A stretch of DNA of 61,756 bases, the filler included. It is 5 parts of 5 records of this genome, joined end to end, with 100 filler letters (N's around TTAATTAATTAA, not from the genome) between each part and the next. Parts side by side here need not be neighbours in the genome. Positions count along the whole stretch, not along the records: positions 42,630 to 52,990 come from SRR20825019_2706; positions 53,091 to 61,756 come from SRR20825019_2728; 3 more parts are not named here. One strand, 5' to 3'. The stretch's first letter is position 1. Every line of letters starts with the position of its first letter. The notes under the pieces are model-generated. The model had not been told where the DNA came from. It worked only from the letters and a program-made list of their open reading frames with translations, and made no database searches. Both the position numbers and the translations under genes were made by a program. Positions 50,248 through 61,239 of this stretch are shown in pieces.

Positions 50248-52665
50248 CTATTCTGTGGGTTTGACTTCTTCTGATGAGAAGAGCTGGGGATACCAGGGCC
50301 CAAGCTGCTCGAATTCTGCCAGGACCAAGGACTTGAGGGTATTGTATATGGTGGGGGTGGAGGACGTCGGATCCGGCACTCCCTCGATATTCTCCAAGTA
50401 TTCCCACACTAATCTTACTACACGGGCCAACACACCGCAAGACACGCTGCCAAAAGCCTCCATGATGCTCCCAAGCGGCCCGGGCAGGACTTTGCCCGCC
50501 GCAAGGACAGAGAAGAGCCGGCATGTCAACCCAAAGTACACGGCCTTGCTGGCCGGCGCCGCATGCGGCTCAGGTTTCCATAGTGTTACCAGGTGGCGGG
50601 CAGTTGGCCGCAAGACCACACGGTACACGTGCTGGAATTTTGCGGGGTCCACAGAAAGGATGCCAATAAATATCATGATGGAAGGGTGCTTCGTGAAGCG
50701 GTCCGACAGGAAGATCTGGATGCAATCCGGACGAATGTGCGTGGGAGGACGGAAAAAGTCATCCACAAACCTACCGATGCCGCCCACTACCTCTGGTCGA
50801 CTGGCTGCAAGGCGTGATACCAACTCCACGCAGGCTACTTCCATGGTGCTCAGCCCCGCCTGCGCCGAGTGACACACCTCCTCATCAGCGCCAAAGAGTT
50901 CATCAAAAATAAGATGCAACAGCGCGAGCGACCCCCCCTGCTGTATCTCTGCCAACTGCTTGAGCACCCGCCCGGACAGGTTCTCCAGCGACATGGCGGA
51001 TGCCGGCGCATCATCGGAGCTTGCATCACGGACAGCCGTGACCCACCTCCGGAAAAGGAGGCGCATGCATGATGAAACCTCCTCCGGGTACCGTATGGAG
51101 CCGAGAGTGTTTTCAAGCAGCATTATAGCCTTGCTCGAGACGCCCACGGAGGAGCTCTCCGCAAGCCGTGCCAGTTCCCGCCACGTGGTACCCAAGCATG
51201 GAATCAATCCAAATGTGTCAAACTTGTCAGAGCACAGGACAACTAGATTATCAAGGGCCAGCTCAAGGTCTTGTGTTGATAAGAGGTGCGCGGATCCCAG
51301 CACCCCACGGAGAACCCCCTCAAGGACACCGTCGTGACTGGGTCCGCATGAGCACACGAAAATCTGCAACATGTTCTGCACGACATCGATGCCTAGGGCC
51401 CCACGGGCCCTGTGCACCAGGTGAGTTCCTATGTCAACGGCCAGCCGTGGAGACGCAACACCGAGAGCTTCCAACATCAAGAATCCCTCCGTTAGCCCCT
51501 CATCCATGTTATTCAGCACGGCCTCACACAGCAGCCCCGAGCGACAGCGTGTCCCAAAGGATTCAGCGAAGCGCTCGAGCGACCCAGACTTCGCTATGAC
51601 GGTGTGCTGAATGCTGTCGGCAAGGTCCAGCACGACCTGGGTGTAAAGACTGTACTCCTTGCTGCAGCCCTTGACAAGGAAACATGCGAGCCATTCCGAT
51701 TGCTCCCCTGTGAACTGGTTGAGACAGCCAAAGATGAGCTCAGAAAAAGTATGAGCAAACTCCTCGTCGGCCTCCGCGCACGAGCCCCACCAGCGGGCCA
51801 ACCTTTCCATGACGAGGTCAAATCGGTCAACAAGTACTGACGGAAATTTCTTCAAAAGGAACAGGCAGAACCACGGCAGATCCATGCCGTCGCACAGGCC
51901 TGTGTTCTGCAGCTGGTATATATAGCTCAAGACGGTCCTCTCCGTGTCACTCGCCACGGCCTTTTGGAGCAGCCGTACAAAGTCATCGACGCTAGCATTG
52001 GCCGCCTTCACGACCTCATTGCGCACTGTTAGTACGTATGTCGCCAGTCCGCTGGTGAGATGTACGGGCACCGTCACCTCGCCCTGCTCAGGGTCTTTTT
52101 GGTAAAGGTACAATGCGTGTGTGATGGCGGCATACAAAGGAGCGGCCACAGCAAACAGAGGAGTAAAGTGCTCCACAAGCCACCACTGAGCAGGGCGAGC
52201 GCGAGGTCGAAGAACGATGCTAATAAGGCCTGCCAGCGCGATATGTGGGGGTGGTGGCGTGCCCTCTGCACTTACCCCGCAGCTGGGCGGGGAGCAGCTC
52301 AACCCCGGGCGATAGCTGTCTAGGCCGTTCCAGTCTTCCTCCGACATCATATCCACCATGACGGCGATGACGTGGCCAAGCCCGCTCGGCTTGAACATGA
52401 TGGGGTCCACCATCGTCGCCACCTGGTCAATAAGAGAATACAGCGCCCGCAACGCCTGGATAATTGCCATGGACCGCTCCTTGTGCAATAGTGCATTCAC
52501 CCTCCGAGCTACTACCCCGGCAAGCTCGCAACAAGCATCATGGAGCTGTCTCTGGGCAGCTATCTTCTCCTGGGAACCCGTGCTTTTCTGGTATGCCTGG
52601 GCCAACTGCAACAAAAGGAGTATGTGGGGCCGGAGAATGGGATCCTCATCCTCACCATTGCTCAT
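50248..52665 (-). CDS. Helical-repeat protein, probable Integrator complex subunit 5 homolog
   Basis: Intronless 805 aa; C-terminal CRLFSVLAAGKVLPGPLGSIMEAF...VWEYL resembles the INTS5 C-terminal motif as I recall it. Confidence 0.6.
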   Translation of the reverse strand: MSNGEDEDPILRPHILLLLQLAQAYQKSTGSQEKIAAQRQLHDACCELAGVVARRVNALLHKERSMAIIQALRALYSLIDQVATMVDPIMFKPSGLGHVIAVMVDMMSEEDWNGLDSYRPGLSCSPPSCGVSAEGTPPPPHIALAGLISIVLRPRARPAQWWLVEHFTPLFAVAAPLYAAITHALYLYQKDPEQGEVTVPVHLTSGLATYVLTVRNEVVKAANASVDDFVRLLQKAVASDTERTVLSYIYQLQNTGLCDGMDLPWFCLFLLKKFPSVLVDRFDLVMERLARWWGSCAEADEEFAHTFSELIFGCLNQFTGEQSEWLACFLVKGCSKEYSLYTQVVLDLADSIQHTVIAKSGSLERFAESFGTRCRSGLLCEAVLNNMDEGLTEGFLMLEALGVASPRLAVDIGTHLVHRARGALGIDVVQNMLQIFVCSCGPSHDGVLEGVLRGVLGSAHLLSTQDLELALDNLVVLCSDKFDTFGLIPCLGTTWRELARLAESSSVGVSSKAIMLLENTLGSIRYPEEVSSCMRLLFRRWVTAVRDASSDDAPASAMSLENLSGRVLKQLAEIQQGGSLALLHLIFDELFGADEEVCHSAQAGLSTMEVACVELVSRLAASRPEVVGGIGRFVDDFFRPPTHIRPDCIQIFLSDRFTKHPSIMIFIGILSVDPAKFQHVYRVVLRPTARHLVTLWKPEPHAAPASKAVYFGLTCRLFSVLAAGKVLPGPLGSIMEAFGSVSCGVLARVVRLVWEYLENIEGVPDPTSSTPTIYNTLKSLVLAEFEQLGPWYPQLFSSEEVKPTE

Positions 52666-52990
52666 GGCAACGAGGGCCCAACAGCTTCCATGATTACCAC
52701 CGACTTACGGATTATTTGATACAGATGTAGCGTGCTCGCGCCGGCGGGCAACCATACCGGACCGGGCCGCCGGCCGGCCCGGGCGCACCGCCGGGGCCGT
52801 GGTAGGGGGTGGCCAGGTGGCCGGGGTGCCCCGGCCCGCCCGGCGGGGCGCCCGGGCACAGTACCGGGCCACGGCTCAGTGGGCCGGGGGCCGCCGGCGC
52901 CGGGCCGGCCACATGGCGGTGTGGGGGGCTGAGCGCGCGGGTCGGGCCTTGGTCCATATGCTGTCCGGCGCCCGGGCCACTGGACCCGCC

Positions 52991-53090
52991 NNNNNNNNNN
53001 NNNNNNNNNNNNNNNNNNNNNNNNNNNNNNNNNNTTAATTAATTAANNNNNNNNNNNNNNNNNNNNNNNNNNNNNNNNNNNNNNNNNNNN
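52991..53090. other. Artificial contig linker
   Basis: N44-TTAATTAATTAA-N44. Confidence 0.98.
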
Positions 53091-53342
53091 GGCCAGGTTC
53101 GACGGCGTGCCGCCGAACATGTCGGTCAGCACGATCACGCCCTTGCCCTGATCCACCGCCCCGACACTTTCCAGGATCTCTGTCCGGCGCTGCTCCATAT
53201 CGTCTTCCGGACCGATACAGACAGTCGCCATATGCTCCTGCGGTCCGACAACATGCTCCACGGCGGAGCGGAATTCGTCCGCCAGATTTCCGTGTGTCAC
53301 CAATACAATGCCAATCGGCAATTCGGTCGCCTCCGCGTCCAT
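53091..53342 (-). CDS. manX: PTS EIIA-Man component, 3'-truncated
   Basis: IGIVLVTHG and LTDMFGGTPSNLA motifs. Confidence 0.9.
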
Positions 53343-53408
53343 CTGGTTAGCCCCTTGCCTACAGTGTTCTACGCACTGTTCCGTCGCGTCGACTCATTTT
53401 CATGCGGA

Positions 53409-54347
53409 TCATTCCTGTCCGCTGCGGTCGACATCGCGGTGCAACAAAGTGACAGCTAGACCGTCCGCCTTCAACTCTCTCGCCAGCTTTTCCGCCACGA
53501 ATACGGAACGGTGCCGTCCGCCGGTGCATCCGACAGCGATGGTGAGATAGCTTTTCCCCTCGGCCTGAAAGCGCGGCATGAGCGGCTTCAGAAAATCTTC
53601 AAGACGGGCATAAAAGGCCGGAAAATCAGGGTCTTCGGCGACATAATCCGCAACCTCGCCATTCCGGCCGTCAAGCGGCCGCAGGCGCTCGTCATAATGC
53701 GGATTCCGGAGAAACCGCACGTCGAACACCATGTCCGCCTCGCGCGGCACGCCGCGCCGGAAGCTGAAGGATGTGACGGTGATCGTCAGCCCGCCCTCGT
53801 CCGCGATCCCGAGCTGATCGGCAAAGACCCGTTTGAAATCGGCGATGGTGAGGCGGGAGGTATCGATGGTCACATCCGCCTGCTCGCGCAGCGGCGCCAG
53901 CATCTCGAGCTCGGTGCGGATACCGTCCGCCACAGGCCGGTCGATCGCCAGCGGGTGGCGGCGGCGGGTTTCGGTAAAGCGGCGAATCAGAACGTCCGTA
54001 TCGCAGTCGAGAAAGACCACGGTCAGCGTGATGTCGCCGCGCTGCCGCAAGGCGTCGATTTCGGCCGTCAGCCGCTGCGGTGTGAAATCCCGGGTTCTGG
54101 TATCGATTCCGACGGCAATCCGGTGATCGCCATCCGGCTCGGCGCGCGGCGCCAGCAGCGCCGGCAGCAGCGACAGCGGTAAATTGTCCACCGCCTCGAA
54201 CTCGGCATCTTCCAGCGCTTTCAGGCTCGTCGTCCGGCCGGCGCCCGAAAGGCCGGTCACCAGGACAACCCTGATCGGCTGTCCCGTTGCATCAGCGGAT
54301 GCCTGCACGTCACTCTCCCCTTCAACGCGCGTTTCCGAGGGCCGCAT
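53409..54347 (-). CDS. rapZ: RNase adapter RapZ/YvcJ P-loop protein
   Basis: TGLSGAGRT, VDNLP, ETRRRHPL, DVRFLRNP and GCTGGRHRSV motifs. Confidence 0.93.
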   Translation of the reverse strand: MRPSETRVEGESDVQASADATGQPIRVVLVTGLSGAGRTTSLKALEDAEFEAVDNLPLSLLPALLAPRAEPDGDHRIAVGIDTRTRDFTPQRLTAEIDALRQRGDITLTVVFLDCDTDVLIRRFTETRRRHPLAIDRPVADGIRTELEMLAPLREQADVTIDTSRLTIADFKRVFADQLGIADEGGLTITVTSFSFRRGVPREADMVFDVRFLRNPHYDERLRPLDGRNGEVADYVAEDPDFPAFYARLEDFLKPLMPRFQAEGKSYLTIAVGCTGGRHRSVFVAEKLARELKADGLAVTLLHRDVDRSGQE

Positions 54348-54766
54348 TATTTCGCCGGGAAATGGTTGAGTGCAAGGCGCACTTTTGCCGGAGTCGATGC
54401 CTCGAACGGCGCAAGCGCGAGCAGCGGGACCGTCAGCTCCAGATAGGTGCATGACCCGGCTTCCGGAAACCGCTCAACCTGCTCGGACGGCACCAGATCG
54501 ATCACCAGATCGAGCGGCGCCCGGCGGGTATTCGCGACCGGCACGATGCCGACACCACGCACCTCGAGCTGTCCTGCGATTGTATCCGGCGCGCTGGCCA
54601 CAAGCCGGCCCGCTTCCCGGACAAGCCGGGTCTGATCGTCGGACACCAGCATGGCGCCGCCTTCGATCAGACGCAGTGCCAGATCGGACTTTCCGCTGCC
54701 GCTCGGACCGCGCAAAAGGACCGCGCGGCCATCAATCGCGACTGCCGTGCCATATACCAGTTCCAT
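54347..54766 (-). CDS. hprK: HPr kinase/phosphorylase (short alphaproteobacterial form)
   Basis: GPSGSGKSDLALRL, LVSDD and LEVRGVGI motifs. Confidence 0.92.
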   Translation of the reverse strand: MELVYGTAVAIDGRAVLLRGPSGSGKSDLALRLIEGGAMLVSDDQTRLVREAGRLVASAPDTIAGQLEVRGVGIVPVANTRRAPLDLVIDLVPSEQVERFPEAGSCTYLELTVPLLALAPFEASTPAKVRLALNHFPAK

Positions 54767-54792
54767 TGGACCCCGCCGCTGATCGTCCCGCC

Positions 54793-56562
54793 TCAGTTGG
54801 CCTCGCGGGGCAACCGTATGACGAACCGCGCGCCAATAACAGAGCCATCGACGCCCGTGCGGTTCTCGGCCCAGAGCCGGCCCGAGGAGGCATCGATAAT
54901 CTGCCGGGAGATGCTGAGGCCGAGCCCCGAATGGGTGCCGAATTTCTCGCCGGTCGGGCGTTCCGTGTAGAACCGGTCGAAAATGGCGTCGAGCTTGTTT
55001 TCCGGGATGCCGGGCCCGTCATCCTCGACCGTGATGATGACTTCCCGTCCATCCACGGGATCGGCGCCTGCCGTCAGACGGACCGATCCATTCTCCGGAG
55101 AGAAGGTGATGGCATTGCTGACCAGATTGCGGATCACCTGCACCAGACGGCTCTCGCTGCCCCGGACGCGCAGATCGGCGGAGCCGTTCACGGTGGTCTC
55201 GACCCGCACACCGTGGCTGTTCTCCGCGGTTCCATAGACTTCCGCCAAAGTCGCCAGGATCGCCGCCAGATCAACGCTTTCGGCACCGGAGCGGGAGAGT
55301 TCCGCGTCCAGCCTGGAGGCTTCGGAAATATCGCTGATCAACCGATCAAGCCGCTGCACATCGTCGAGAACGATTGCCATCAGCTTCTTTTGCTTTTCCG
55401 GATCCTGCACCCGCGCCGCCGTCTCCACCGCACTGCGCACGGAGGTCAGCGGATTCTTGATCTCATGCGAAACATCGGCGGCGAACCGGTCGATTGCGTC
55501 CATCCGTTGCCAGAGCGCCTCGGTCATTTCCCGCATAGCCCGGGCCAGATCGCCGATCTCGTCATCCCGCCCCTCGAAGGCGGGAATCTCGGTCTCCCGG
55601 GTACGGTCCCGGCGAATGCGCTCGGCCGCGGCGGCAAGCCGCTGGATCGGGCGGGTGATGGTTCCCGCAAGATAGAGCGACAGCAGAATGGTGACGGCGA
55701 AGACAAAAGCGAACACGCTCAGGATCTCGAACCGCACGTCCCGCATCGCCTCGTCGACCTCATGCCCGTCGACACTCAGCATCAGGGCACCAAGCACCTG
55801 CTTGTAACGGCGCACCGGCACGGCGGATGTCAGGATCAGCCCACCATCGGATACGGTCCGGACGGCCTGTGCCCGGCGCCCGCGCAGCGCATCTATCGCT
55901 TCCGGATAATCTTCCGCCCTCTGGGTCGCTGTTTCCTTGTAGCGCGGGAAATCGCCGCGCCGGGGCAGCCAGTTCACCAACAGATCATAGGCCGTATCGG
56001 CCCAATGGCCGGGGTCGAATCCAGGCTCGCGCGGCGGCGCCAGCGGCCGGATCTGCACCACCCCGCCCGAGCGCCCGAAACTGTTGCTGTCGGCCATCAG
56101 ATGCCCGTCCGGCGCGAACAGCCGTAAACGCGTGCCGAACTGATCCGAGGCATGCCGCACCATGCGGCGTACCAGATCCTTGGACAGTTGCGTCGCTTCA
56201 GAGAATTCAGGCTCGACGGCAAGCGCCGCGACACCCTTGGCAAAGATACTGCCCTGCCGGGTCAGGGCTTCCAGTTCCGCCTCGATCAGGCTGTCCTGAT
56301 AGCGGTCCATATAGAGCAGGCCAAAGAGAGGGATGGCGACCGCGAACAGATTGATCGCCAGGATGCGCAGCGTCAGCCCGGAAATTCTGGGTCTGCGGCG
56401 CGGGTTTTCCGCCGCCGTTCTGTCCATGCCAGAACGATCCATGCCCGAGCGATCCGTTGCGGATTGCTCCGCAGCACCCGCTTGATGCTCACGGTCAGAC
56501 GAGGCCCTCGAGCCACGCCCCTTCAGCGCGGCGCGCAGTCCCTCCCCCCAGGACAGGCTCAT
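54793..56562 (-). CDS. chvG: Sensor histidine kinase ChvG/ExoS
   Basis: SLT.RI..IN-like TM1, HAMP domain, [12 protein letters not shown] and [19 protein letters not shown] motifs; chvI-hprK synteny. Confidence 0.93.
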   Translation of the reverse strand: MSLSWGEGLRAALKGRGSRASSDREHQAGAAEQSATDRSGMDRSGMDRTAAENPRRRPRISGLTLRILAINLFAVAIPLFGLLYMDRYQDSLIEAELEALTRQGSIFAKGVAALAVEPEFSEATQLSKDLVRRMVRHASDQFGTRLRLFAPDGHLMADSNSFGRSGGVVQIRPLAPPREPGFDPGHWADTAYDLLVNWLPRRGDFPRYKETATQRAEDYPEAIDALRGRRAQAVRTVSDGGLILTSAVPVRRYKQVLGALMLSVDGHEVDEAMRDVRFEILSVFAFVFAVTILLSLYLAGTITRPIQRLAAAAERIRRDRTRETEIPAFEGRDDEIGDLARAMREMTEALWQRMDAIDRFAADVSHEIKNPLTSVRSAVETAARVQDPEKQKKLMAIVLDDVQRLDRLISDISEASRLDAELSRSGAESVDLAAILATLAEVYGTAENSHGVRVETTVNGSADLRVRGSESRLVQVIRNLVSNAITFSPENGSVRLTAGADPVDGREVIITVEDDGPGIPENKLDAIFDRFYTERPTGEKFGTHSGLGLSISRQIIDASSGRLWAENRTGVDGSVIGARFVIRLPREAN

Positions 56563-57278
56563 GCCGGGCCGGCGGATACCAGGGCCGGATCGCGATACCG
56601 GTACCCGACCCCGTACAACGTCTCGATCTGCTCGAAATCGTCGTCCACGCCCTTGAATTTCTTCCGGATGCGCTTGATGTGGCTGTCAATGGTCCGGTCG
56701 TCCACATAGACCGCGTCGCCATAGGCGGCATCCATTAGCTGATCCCGGTTCTTGACGTGGCCCGGCCGGGTGGCGAGCGAGCGCAAGATCAGGAATTCGG
56801 TCACGGTCAACGGCACCGGCTTGCCCTTCCAGGCGCTGAGATGGCGCGAGCCATCCATCACCAGATCACCGCGCGACAGCACGGAATCGCTGGCCGGATT
56901 GGCTTCGTCCTGGGCCAGTTCCTGCCGCCGCAGAAGGGCCCGGATGCGCTCGATCAGCAGACGCTGGGAGAACGGCTTGGTGATGTAATCGTCCGCGCCC
57001 ATCTTCAGGCCGAGCATCTCGTCCAGCTCGTCATCCTTCGAGGTCAGGAAGATCACCGGCAATGCGCTCTGCCGGCGCAGCCTGGACAGCAGCTCCATGC
57101 CATCCATGCGCGGCATCTTGATGTCGAGAATGGCGAGATCCACCGGCCGCTGGGTCAGCCCGCGCAGCGCTTCTTCACCATCCTTGAAGGTGCGCACGTC
57201 GAAGCCCTCGGCCTCAAGCGCGATGGAAACAGAGGTGAGAATATTCTGGTCGTCATCGACCAGCGCGATCGTATTCAT
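56559..57278 (-). CDS. chvI: Response regulator ChvI
   Basis: [33 protein letters not shown] and IETLYGVGY motifs. Confidence 0.96.
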   Translation of the reverse strand: MNTIALVDDDQNILTSVSIALEAEGFDVRTFKDGEEALRGLTQRPVDLAILDIKMPRMDGMELLSRLRRQSALPVIFLTSKDDELDEMLGLKMGADDYITKPFSQRLLIERIRALLRRQELAQDEANPASDSVLSRGDLVMDGSRHLSAWKGKPVPLTVTEFLILRSLATRPGHVKNRDQLMDAAYGDAVYVDDRTIDSHIKRIRKKFKGVDDDFEQIETLYGVGYRYRDPALVSAGPA

Positions 57279-57556
57279 GCCTGAATTCCTTTCCGCCGAA
57301 GAACGGCGCCCCCGATTTTGCACGTTTCCGCGCTCCGGGGCCAGCCGGAGCGGTATGTGCCTTTAACCCGCATATGGAAATGGCGGCGGAATGAGGCAAT
57401 GCTGTGGCCGCGCCAAGGCATTGTTTCGACAACCATGATTAAAATCACATCATTAAAATGACACAGGCACGATCCGCCGGGTCCGGATCATCCCGCTTGC
57501 ATGAAGCGCGGCGCTTCATTTTGATGGCCCTGTTCCCGACACATGAATGACAGGAC

Positions 57557-58303
57557 GTGATGAAGATGGGCACAGCAGACCCCCGCGCGCTTGCTCCCGG
57601 CGCACAAATCCGCTCCCTGATGCGCCGGCTCGACCGGGCGACGCTCTCCACCGGCATGGCCGGTGACAGCGGCTGGCCCTATGGCTCTCTCGTCATGGCC
57701 GCCACCGATCAGGACGGCAGTCCGCTGATGTTGCTGTCCGACCTTGCCGAACACACGGTGAACCTGAAGGCCGACCCGCGTGTCTGTCTGTTGTTCGATG
57801 GCACCGCCGGTCTCGCCGAGCCGCTGACCGGCGCGCGGGCCTCCGTGCTCGGCCGGGCGGAAAAGGTCGGGGACGAGCGTCTGGCGGAGCGCTATCTGCG
57901 CCGTCACCCGTCAGCCCGCATGTTCGCCGGGTTCGGGGATTTCAATTTCTACCGTGTCACGGTCGAACGGGCGCATATCGTCGCCGGGTTCGGCAAGATC
58001 CACTGGGCCGATGCGGCGGACATCCTCTCGGAGCGGGCACCTGCACTGGAAGAGGCAGAAGCCGGGATCGTCGCCCATATGAATGAGGATCATGCCGACG
58101 CAAACCAGCTCTATGCCTCGGTCCTGCTCGGCCGTGATGGCACTGGCTGGGAGATGACAGGCTGCGATACCGAGGGCTGCGACCTGCGGCTCGGCGGCGA
58201 GATCGCCCGGATCGATTACGGCACACCGGTCAGGAATGCCGACGAAACTCGCAAGGCGCTTGTCGGTCTGGTGAAACATGCGCGGCAGAGTGCCGCGGAA
58301 TAA
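57557..58303 (+). CDS. HugZ-family pyridoxamine 5'-phosphate oxidase-like protein with DUF2470
   Basis: PYGSLV, LSDLAEHT.NL, VAGFG and HMNEDH motifs. Confidence 0.88.
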   Translation: MMKMGTADPRALAPGAQIRSLMRRLDRATLSTGMAGDSGWPYGSLVMAATDQDGSPLMLLSDLAEHTVNLKADPRVCLLFDGTAGLAEPLTGARASVLGRAEKVGDERLAERYLRRHPSARMFAGFGDFNFYRVTVERAHIVAGFGKIHWADAADILSERAPALEEAEAGIVAHMNEDHADANQLYASVLLGRDGTGWEMTGCDTEGCDLRLGGEIARIDYGTPVRNADETRKALVGLVKHARQSAAE

Positions 58304-58454
58304 TCAGCGTATTTTTCCAGTCTAGAAGGGTCCGGGCGGTTGCAATCGCTGAAGCAGATCCGTAACAATCTCTGCCGAGGTGGAGCGGAGCCGCAGAGAA
58401 GACCAGAAATTTCCGCATGGACTTATAAGAAGCTAGATCGAGGAAACGCGTCAC

Positions 58455-60059
58455 ATGGGCCAGGAACGATCCGCGAAGGATCTGGAGCAGCACGGGCTGT
58501 TCAATCTCGGAACCGCTTACTGGAACCTCTCCGAAGCGGAACTTTACGAACATGCGATCCGCAATGACGAGGGTCAGATCGTCCCCGGCGGCGCCTTCGC
58601 GGTCGAGACCGGCAAGCATACGGGCCGCTCTCCCAAGGACAAATTCATCGTCGACACGCCGTCGGTGCACGACCAGATCAACTGGGGCGCCGTGAACCGG
58701 CCCTGCACGCCGGAGCTGTTCGACGAGATGCACCGCCGCCTCGCCGGTTATCTGCAGAGCCGCGACTGCTATGTGCTCGACTGCTATGCCGGCGCCGACG
58801 AGGATTACCGCCTCCCGGTGCGCGTGGTGACCGAGACGGCCTGGCACAATCTCTTCGCCAAGAACATGTTCCGCCGCCCCGAGCGCAAGGAACTTGACGG
58901 TTTCGAGCCGCAATTCACAGTGCTCCAGGCCCCGGGCCTGCAGGCTGCCGGCGAAGCGGACGGGCTGAATTCCGAAACCTTTATCCTGGTCAATTTCGAC
59001 AAGCGCCTCGTTGTCATCGGCGGCAGCTGGTACGCGGGCGAGATCAAGAAATCGATCTTCGGCATCCTCAACCACCTGCTGCCGGACCGTGGCGTCATGC
59101 CGATGCATTGCTCGGCGAACGTCGCGGAGAATGGCGACAGCGCCATTTTCTTCGGTCTCTCCGGCACCGGCAAGACGACGCTCTCCTCCGACGGCACCCG
59201 CATCCTGCTCGGCGATGACGAGCATGGCTGGTCCGACAAGGGCATCTTCAATTTCGAGGGCGGCTGCTACGCCAAGGTGATCCGGCTGTCCGAAGAAGCC
59301 GAGCCGGAGATTTACGCCGCCTCGCAGCGCTTCGGCACGGTGCTGGAAAACGTGGTCTACGATCCGGAAACGCGCGAGATCGATTTCGATGACGGTAGCC
59401 TGACCGAGAACAGCCGTTCCTGCTATCCGATCCACTATATCCCGAACACGGATCTTTCCGGCACGGCGGCCCACCCGAAGCACATCATGATGCTGACGGC
59501 AGACGCGTTCGGCGTGCTGCCGCCGATCTCCAAGCTGACGCCCGAACAGGCCATGTACCACTTCCTCTCGGGGTACACGGCCCGTGTGGCCGGGACGGAA
59601 AAAGGTCTCGGCAACGATCCGCAGGCGACTTTCTCCACCTGCTTCGGCGCTCCCTTCATGCCGCGCCATCCGAGCGTCTATGGTGAAATGTTGCGCGAAC
59701 GCATCGCCCAGCACGGCGCCACCTGCTGGCTGGTGAACACGGGCTGGCAGGGCGGCCGCGCCGGCTCCGGTGCCGAGCGCATGCAGATTGCCTTCACCCG
59801 TGCCATGGTCCGGGCCGCGCTGGCCGGCAAACTGGACGACGTGCCGGTGAAGCAGGAGCCGCATTTCGGCCTCTTCATCCCGGAGAGCTGCCCCGGCGTG
59901 CCGTCGGAAGTGCTTGACCCGCGCAACAGCTGGGAAAACAAGGCCGGCTACGACGCCACCGCGTCCGAGCTCCGCGCCCGCTTCCAGGAGAACTTCCAGC
60001 AGTTCGAGGAATATGTCGAAGCTGCCGTGATAGAAGCCGGGGTGAAAGCCGCCGCCTGA
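58455..60059 (+). CDS. pckA: Phosphoenolpyruvate carboxykinase (ATP)
   Basis: TGRSPKDK, GLSGTGKTTLS, GDDEHGW, NFEGGCYAK and LVNTGW motifs. Confidence 0.97.
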   Translation: MGQERSAKDLEQHGLFNLGTAYWNLSEAELYEHAIRNDEGQIVPGGAFAVETGKHTGRSPKDKFIVDTPSVHDQINWGAVNRPCTPELFDEMHRRLAGYLQSRDCYVLDCYAGADEDYRLPVRVVTETAWHNLFAKNMFRRPERKELDGFEPQFTVLQAPGLQAAGEADGLNSETFILVNFDKRLVVIGGSWYAGEIKKSIFGILNHLLPDRGVMPMHCSANVAENGDSAIFFGLSGTGKTTLSSDGTRILLGDDEHGWSDKGIFNFEGGCYAKVIRLSEEAEPEIYAASQRFGTVLENVVYDPETREIDFDDGSLTENSRSCYPIHYIPNTDLSGTAAHPKHIMMLTADAFGVLPPISKLTPEQAMYHFLSGYTARVAGTEKGLGNDPQATFSTCFGAPFMPRHPSVYGEMLRERIAQHGATCWLVNTGWQGGRAGSGAERMQIAFTRAMVRAALAGKLDDVPVKQEPHFGLFIPESCPGVPSEVLDPRNSWENKAGYDATASELRARFQENFQQFEEYVEAAVIEAGVKAAA

Positions 60060-60080
60060 TCATAGCTGGTTACCGATACG

Positions 60081-60105
60081 AAAGGCCGCCTCCGGGCGGC
60101 CTTTT
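60081..60105 (+). terminator. Intrinsic terminator of pckA
   Basis: AAAGGCCGCC-TCCG-GGCGGCCTTTT. Confidence 0.85.
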
Positions 60106-60301
60106 CTGTTTTCACGCCGTAGCCCCTCAGATCGTCTTCCCGGACTTGATCCGGACCTCAAGCAGCCTGCATCAACTCCATGCCCGAAAGATCCCGGCTC
60201 CGAGGCCGGGAAAACGGCTAAAAATAGCCGCGACAACCCGCCCTTCGTTTCGCCCACCGCTGTCCCCATATGCTGTTCAGGCACACGGACCGGAGGCCCA
60301 G

Positions 60302-60676
60302 ATGATCAAAATCACCAAACCCGCCGAAAACCGCATCGACATGGAACTCAATGCCTCTTCCATTGATGAAGAGACCATGCGCAGGGCCATCGAAGAGTTG
60401 ATCGAGAAATCGGAAGGCATCGAACACGGCCAGTTGCTCTACCGCCTGCACCACTTCCCCTGGCCATCTCTCAGCGCCATGGCCGTGAAGTTTGAACACC
60501 TGCCAAAACTCTTCGGCTTGCTCGGCAAGTTTGACCGTTGCGCCGTGCTCAGCGACGAAGCCTGGCTCCGCACCGCCGCCGATATCGAAGGCGCGCTGAT
60601 CCCTGGGCTTGAGATGAAAGGGTTCGAGATGGATGAAGCGGAAGCGGCGGAGAAATGGCTGGCTGAAACGGCGTAG
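60302..60676 (+). CDS. STAS/SEC14 (SpoIIAA-like) domain protein
   Basis: FDRCAVLSDEAW...PGLEMKGF...AEKWL motif; GGAGG RBS. Confidence 0.85.
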   Translation: MIKITKPAENRIDMELNASSIDEETMRRAIEELIEKSEGIEHGQLLYRLHHFPWPSLSAMAVKFEHLPKLFGLLGKFDRCAVLSDEAWLRTAADIEGALIPGLEMKGFEMDEAEAAEKWLAETA

Positions 60677-60689
60677 TTCGAGTGGTCCG

Positions 60690-61214
60690 TTACTTGCTGA
60701 CGAGAGGTTTCTCGAACACATGCGTCGCGAGTTTGTAACCGAGCATGTCCGTGTCGATGCGGCCGGTCTCCTCGTAGCCCATGGCGCGGTAGAAGACCGC
60801 CGCGCGGGCATTGAAGACGTCGCATTCAACATAGGCGCTCGCATGGCCGGCTTTGGCCAATTCCGCCTCAGCATCCTCCAGAAGCGCGCGGCCGACGCTG
60901 CGGTGTTGCATTTTCGGCAGCACCTGGATCGTCTTGATCTGCTTGTCGAGCAGGAAGGAAAACCCGATGACCCCGTGTTTTCCGGTCGAATCCTCCGCCA
61001 CACGGCAGGTGTGCCAGGCGTTATCCACAAAGGCCCGGCCGAGATTTTCGTTCCGGTAGCGCGCCGGGACGGCCGGGGGCATGAACGGCATCCAGGTGGC
61101 TTCCCAACAGGCATCCATGATCTCGACCAGCAGGTCCTTGTCCCATTCTTCCGCCTGGCGGACCACGACTGGAATGGGATCGCCCTTGGGGGCGGGTTTG
61201 GCGGGTTTGCTCAT
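60690..61214 (-). CDS. GNAT family N-acetyltransferase
   Basis: V.PKMQHRSVGRALL and N.RA..FYRAMGY motifs; GGAGG RBS. Confidence 0.87.
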   Translation of the reverse strand: MSKPAKPAPKGDPIPVVVRQAEEWDKDLLVEIMDACWEATWMPFMPPAVPARYRNENLGRAFVDNAWHTCRVAEDSTGKHGVIGFSFLLDKQIKTIQVLPKMQHRSVGRALLEDAEAELAKAGHASAYVECDVFNARAAVFYRAMGYEETGRIDTDMLGYKLATHVFEKPLVSK

Positions 61215-61239
61215 TGTTCCTCCACGGCCTCGGGCCGCC

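Noticed and set aside
52735-52990. Extremely GC-rich stretch with CCGG/GGCC runs and short ORFs
   Set aside because: Low-complexity upstream DNA at a contig end with no defined repeat unit or coding signal
15385-53090. Bacterial and eukaryotic genes side by side (apparent horizontal transfer) and four repeated TTAATTAATTAA elements
   Set aside because: Every junction is the same N44-TTAATTAATTAA-N44 artificial linker, so adjacency across linkers has no biological meaning
53091-60059. pckA-chvI-chvG-hprK-rapZ-manX cluster as a novel system
   Set aside because: This is well-known conserved alphaproteobacterial synteny
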